The notes under the pieces are model-generated. The model was not told the DNA's origin, made no database searches, and worked only from the letters and a program-made list of their open reading frames with translations. Both the position numbers and the translations under genes were made by a program. A stretch of 64,000 nt of DNA from Moniliella sp. 'wahieum' (lineage: Eukaryota). Where the stretch lies: positions 1 to 64,000 of the forward strand of contig RSEE01000059.1 in assembly GCA_003971905.1 (NCBI GenBank), read 5' to 3'. Numbering within the stretch: position 1 is the first letter of the stretch; each line of letters starts with the position of its first letter. This document shows, piece after piece, positions 60,222-64,000 of the stretch.

Positions 60222-62409
60222 CTACTCGGCATTAAAAAAAACGCGCGACATGGCAGCCTGGCGCTTTAGGGCCGGCGGGCAGTCGCCCCGCGGGAGGAAG
60301 ACCTCAATGACGGTGCACTTGTCGGCCCGGTTGAACGCACGGTCCTCAAGAAGATGGTCGAGCGCTTCCTTGGTGTGCACGGCATAGTACGCTGTCTGGC
60401 TGGGCTGAGGATCGTTCGCATGCGACGGCACGTTAGGGCGCACCCATCCAGGGGCGCACTCAAAAAGTCCAGCATGACCGAATGGTTCCAACGTGCCACG
60501 CTGCCCATTGGAGAAAGAGCAAGGGCGGATCCAAAGGAAGAGAGGGAGAAAGAAATGTGGTTAGAACAGGAATCCTATACACTACCCAAGGATGAGGATG
60601 TAGGATTTGATAAGGCTTACTCGTTGTACGATTCGTCCTCTCCAAAGATTTGCCGCTCAATTTCGTACCCATCATTGTTGAGGAGAAAGATGAGCGGGGT
60701 CAAGCCATGGCGGATGACCGTACTGATTTCCTGAACTGTGAGCTGGAGAGACCCGTCACCGATGAACAAGATGGTGCGTCCTGAGCGGGTAGGGTCTTCA
60801 TGTTTGAGTTGGCGCAAGCCCAGCGCTGCGCCCATCACGCCCCGCCTGTATATCCAATCGACCCCCATAACCTGAGAGAGCCAGTGCGCATTGGCGGGAA
60901 AGGTAACATCCATCAAGCCAAAGACCGAAGTGCCAGTTTCACCCAAGATGACATCGCCTGTGCGGAAAAATTGACCTACGCGGGGCCAGAGGTAAGCCTG
61001 GGTAATCGGGTCCTTGTGCTTGTACCCCTCTACGCCTCCGATGCTCGCGAGGGCGGTGGCATCCAGCTCGTTCAGGTCTTCCTCTGGTGTAGGCAACTGG
61101 TTGACCAGCGTAGCGTAGGCCGGGGCCAGTACGGTACGCGTTTGTCCCCAACGCTCCGCCTGGCGTGGCTTGAGTCCTGCGGAATCTTGGGAATCAAGTG
61201 CTTCATGGCCACGTGGTCAAACCGCGCAAACCCAATCTCGCAATAGGTGCTGTGGAGCTCAATGGTATGAGACTTGCGAGTTCGGTAGCTGAACGAGTTG
61301 GTGTTGTAGTCCGATAACAGGGTGCCGACCGAGATGATCAGATCCGCCTGATTCTCCACGATTTCCTTGACGGTGGCATGAGACGAAGCGCCATGGTACA
61401 CACCGCCAAAATGAGCATTTTGTTGCTCGTCCAATCCGCCTTTACCCATAGGTGTGGTGAAAAAGGCCAATCCACTTTGCTCGACCAACTCACGCACCTC
61501 GCTCGCCACATTGTGCCGCTTGGCACACGCATCTACAATCAGCACGGGTAAGTGAGCCGAATTGATGACAGCCAGTATCTCTTCCAAAACGCTTTGCTCT
61601 TCTCCAAGTCGTTGGGCGGAGGAAGTGTATCCAAGGGTGTTTTCAGTCGACGCGCCGATTCGATGGGTAACTTGTAATCCACCAAGTTGCTCGGAAGTGC
61701 AATGTACACTGGGAGGGAATGAACCAAGCAGTGTTCCACGGTAGCGTCAAACTCACGCGCCGCGTCGTCGCCACCTACCAAGGTCCCGTCCGTGTCGGTA
61801 CGCTGGATCAGGCGTCCCTCGCGAAAGAGAGTGTAAAAATCAAGTTGCTTGGAAGTAATCTGGCGTGCCATGTTGAGGAACGCATCGAATTTGTGGTCGC
61901 CTGTGGAAGAGGGGCACAAGACAAGAAAACGAGCAGTTTGAGTCAAAATTCGGTTCTTTCACTCATATTTCCCTTCCTCCACGCAGAGTATAGATCATGT
62001 CTAGCACAGAAGAAATGAGAAAAAACAAAAGGAGGAAAACATACCCAACGTGTGTGAAGCAGTAGACCCTCGTCCTGAGCTTTTGTCGAGGGCGTACCGA
62101 CAATGTGTAATAACGGGCAACCGTTCGGCCATGCTACCTCCCAAAGCATTGCAAGCGCTCAGTTCCCCCACCAAAAGTGGTCGTAATCACCGACGGACGC
62201 GGCTGGTCCTCAGCCAGAACGCGAGCCAAACCATCTGCCGAATAGCCTGCATTGAGCTCATTCGTGTTGCCCACCCACTTGAGGCCGCCCTCTCGGAACC
62301 TGGTTAGGAGGGCCAAGTTAAAGTCGCCGGGTACCCCCTGGATGTACTCAACACCGAGTTGGTGTAAGCGCTGGATCATGTAACCACTGAGGGTGAGCTC
62401 GTCCGTCAT
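60222..62409 (-). CDS. PDC1: Pyruvate decarboxylase (TPP enzyme); introns 61901-62044 and 60501-60620
   Basis: GVPGDFNL, WVGNTNELNAGYSADG, TTFG, HIVGTP, ETGTS, IGDGSLQLTVQE, LNNDGYEIER. Confidence 0.93.
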
Positions 62410-63924
62410 GATGGTAGTGGCAAACGTGTCTTCTGGCGAAAGAACTGGGAGGATATACAGGCGCAGTTGTGGAGGGAGACAAGAGGAGAGAGAGCGAAGA
62501 CGTTGAGGAGGAAAGGAGGGATGGAAAACATATGCTGTGGGATGGTCAGGGGCTTTTCTTATACCCGTAGAGCACGCACGAGCCATTTGTGGTTGGCCAC
62601 ACAAAACAACAACCCATCATCGATCATCGATCATCCCCCCGTTGCGGCATGCTATAGACTGTATATGAGTAGCAGCTTACTACAACCAAAGGGCGGCGAC
62701 TGCTACGGTGGTCTAGGGGGCGGTAGTGGGCAGATCATCTCGAAAGGGGGGGGGAAGTACTACAGCACAGCTCGTCCGATCATGGTTGTTAGAGCAGCGG
62801 AAATAAGTTGACACACAGGGGTATCGGCACGGGGCTGCAGTCTATTAGAAGAGGCTGTGGAGACAGACCTTGAGCGCTGGACCTTATGGAGTAGACTAGT
62901 ATAGGTAGTGTGTGAGCTGTGAGCGTTGTGGGGCCCCACCGACGCCTCATATACGACTTGGAGGGCGCCACGGTCACTAGTCACTAGTCACTGTCGCACC
63001 ACACATGCCGCTGCCGAAACGCCAACACTGCCGGCCGCGGTAGGCAATGACTGTCTTCGCCCGGGAGGCCACACAGTTACGGGTGTGCTGAGCATTGAAT
63101 ATTGACTGTGGCCAGTTGTGAGTACGTGCATGCGGAATCGCAGAGAGGTGGTAGGATGCAGGTGTGGCGAAACGTTAAACGGGCAAGAGTTTGATGGCGC
63201 TATTGGGCGCTTTTTTGCAGGGTGCAAAGTATGTTTAGCATCATAGTGTGGCAATAGTCTTTCCTCTCTCCCCCTTTCCCCTCACTAGCTCACTACTACT
63301 CACTCCCATTTGATTTTGTCTTGCCTGAATCAGGCATGCCCGACAGGGAAACCTATCGGTTGTGTCCAGACCTATTTGTGGTGAAGGGCCAGATAGTGCG
63401 GTAGTCTCCCTGCACGCTCTATCCTTCGTTTCCTTGGCAGCTTCCGAGATGCATCGCACTACAGGGACTTGCCGCTGTCATCTTTCTTGCTTATAGAAAT
63501 GGTGCTGAACTCTCTGTGCGCCACGAACAAACACAGTACCTAATGCTGAACGACATTCGTATCCACCCACTTCTACGTTGCAGCCGCGGCAACCTAGACT
63601 CTTACACGAACTCCCTTGAAGCCTTGACAGACTTCTCAATGCACCCTGGTTCTATCTCCAAAATTCCAAATCAGCCAGCACAGCCGACAACGCAGATGCA
63701 GGTTGCAGAATGGGCGGGATGCCTAACGCATATGTAGTGCAGGGCAGAACCTGTGCCCAGACGGGATCCGTACAGGCTGGCAGCAGGCGCCGCACCGAGC
63801 CGAGCCAAGCCCGCCGGTGCCTTTTGTTGCAACTTCGTGCCAGGAGCATCGTCCAGAGCATGACGCAGAAAGGAGGGGGACGATGATGGAAGAAGAGAGG
63901 AAACCCAGGACAGGGAACGGGAGT

Positions 63925-64000
63925 TTACTTCTTCTTGTTGTCCGACGCCTTGTTCTTGGCCGTACCAAAGAACTTCTTGGCGCGGTTCTTGCGCTCCTTG
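63925..64000 (-). CDS. RPS24: 3' end of 40S ribosomal protein S24 (eS24), partial
   Basis: KERKNRAKKFFGTAKNKASDNKKK*. Confidence 0.85.
   Translation of the reverse strand, partial: KERKNRAKKFFGTAKNKASDNKKK

Overview
Eukaryotic fungal DNA with spliceosomal introns (GTRYGY...CTRAC...YAG) and intron-containing tRNAs; the gene style suggests a GC-rich basidiomycete, probably Ustilaginomycotina (inference). The window appears to start at a chromosome end (CCCTAA-like remnant). The first ~11 kb is subtelomere: a 21-bp minisatellite, a very young full-length Ty1/copia element (2005-8438) and a 173-bp satellite. In the element, gag ends in a single TAG that is in frame with pol and is followed at once by an ~86-nt nested hairpin, a candidate stop-codon readthrough system. 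The rest holds conserved genes: GMC oxidoreductase, MRN1/nrd1-like RRM protein, SUR2, SEC4, SFP1, prefoldin/UXT-like, 2OG-Fe(II) oxygenase, divergent ARL3/ARFRP1, pyruvate carboxylase, EMI1-like, SIN Cdc14-like, pyruvate decarboxylase and the 3' end of RPS24. There are also four tRNAs, many heavily decayed copia relics, and a pervasive intergenic 7-bp-period (YCA-N4)n repeat pattern. Single-base frameshifts occur in most genes, including housekeeping ones, so the sequence is probably an unpolished long-read assembly; gene ends are approximate. All family calls come from recognising motifs by eye; no searches were run.
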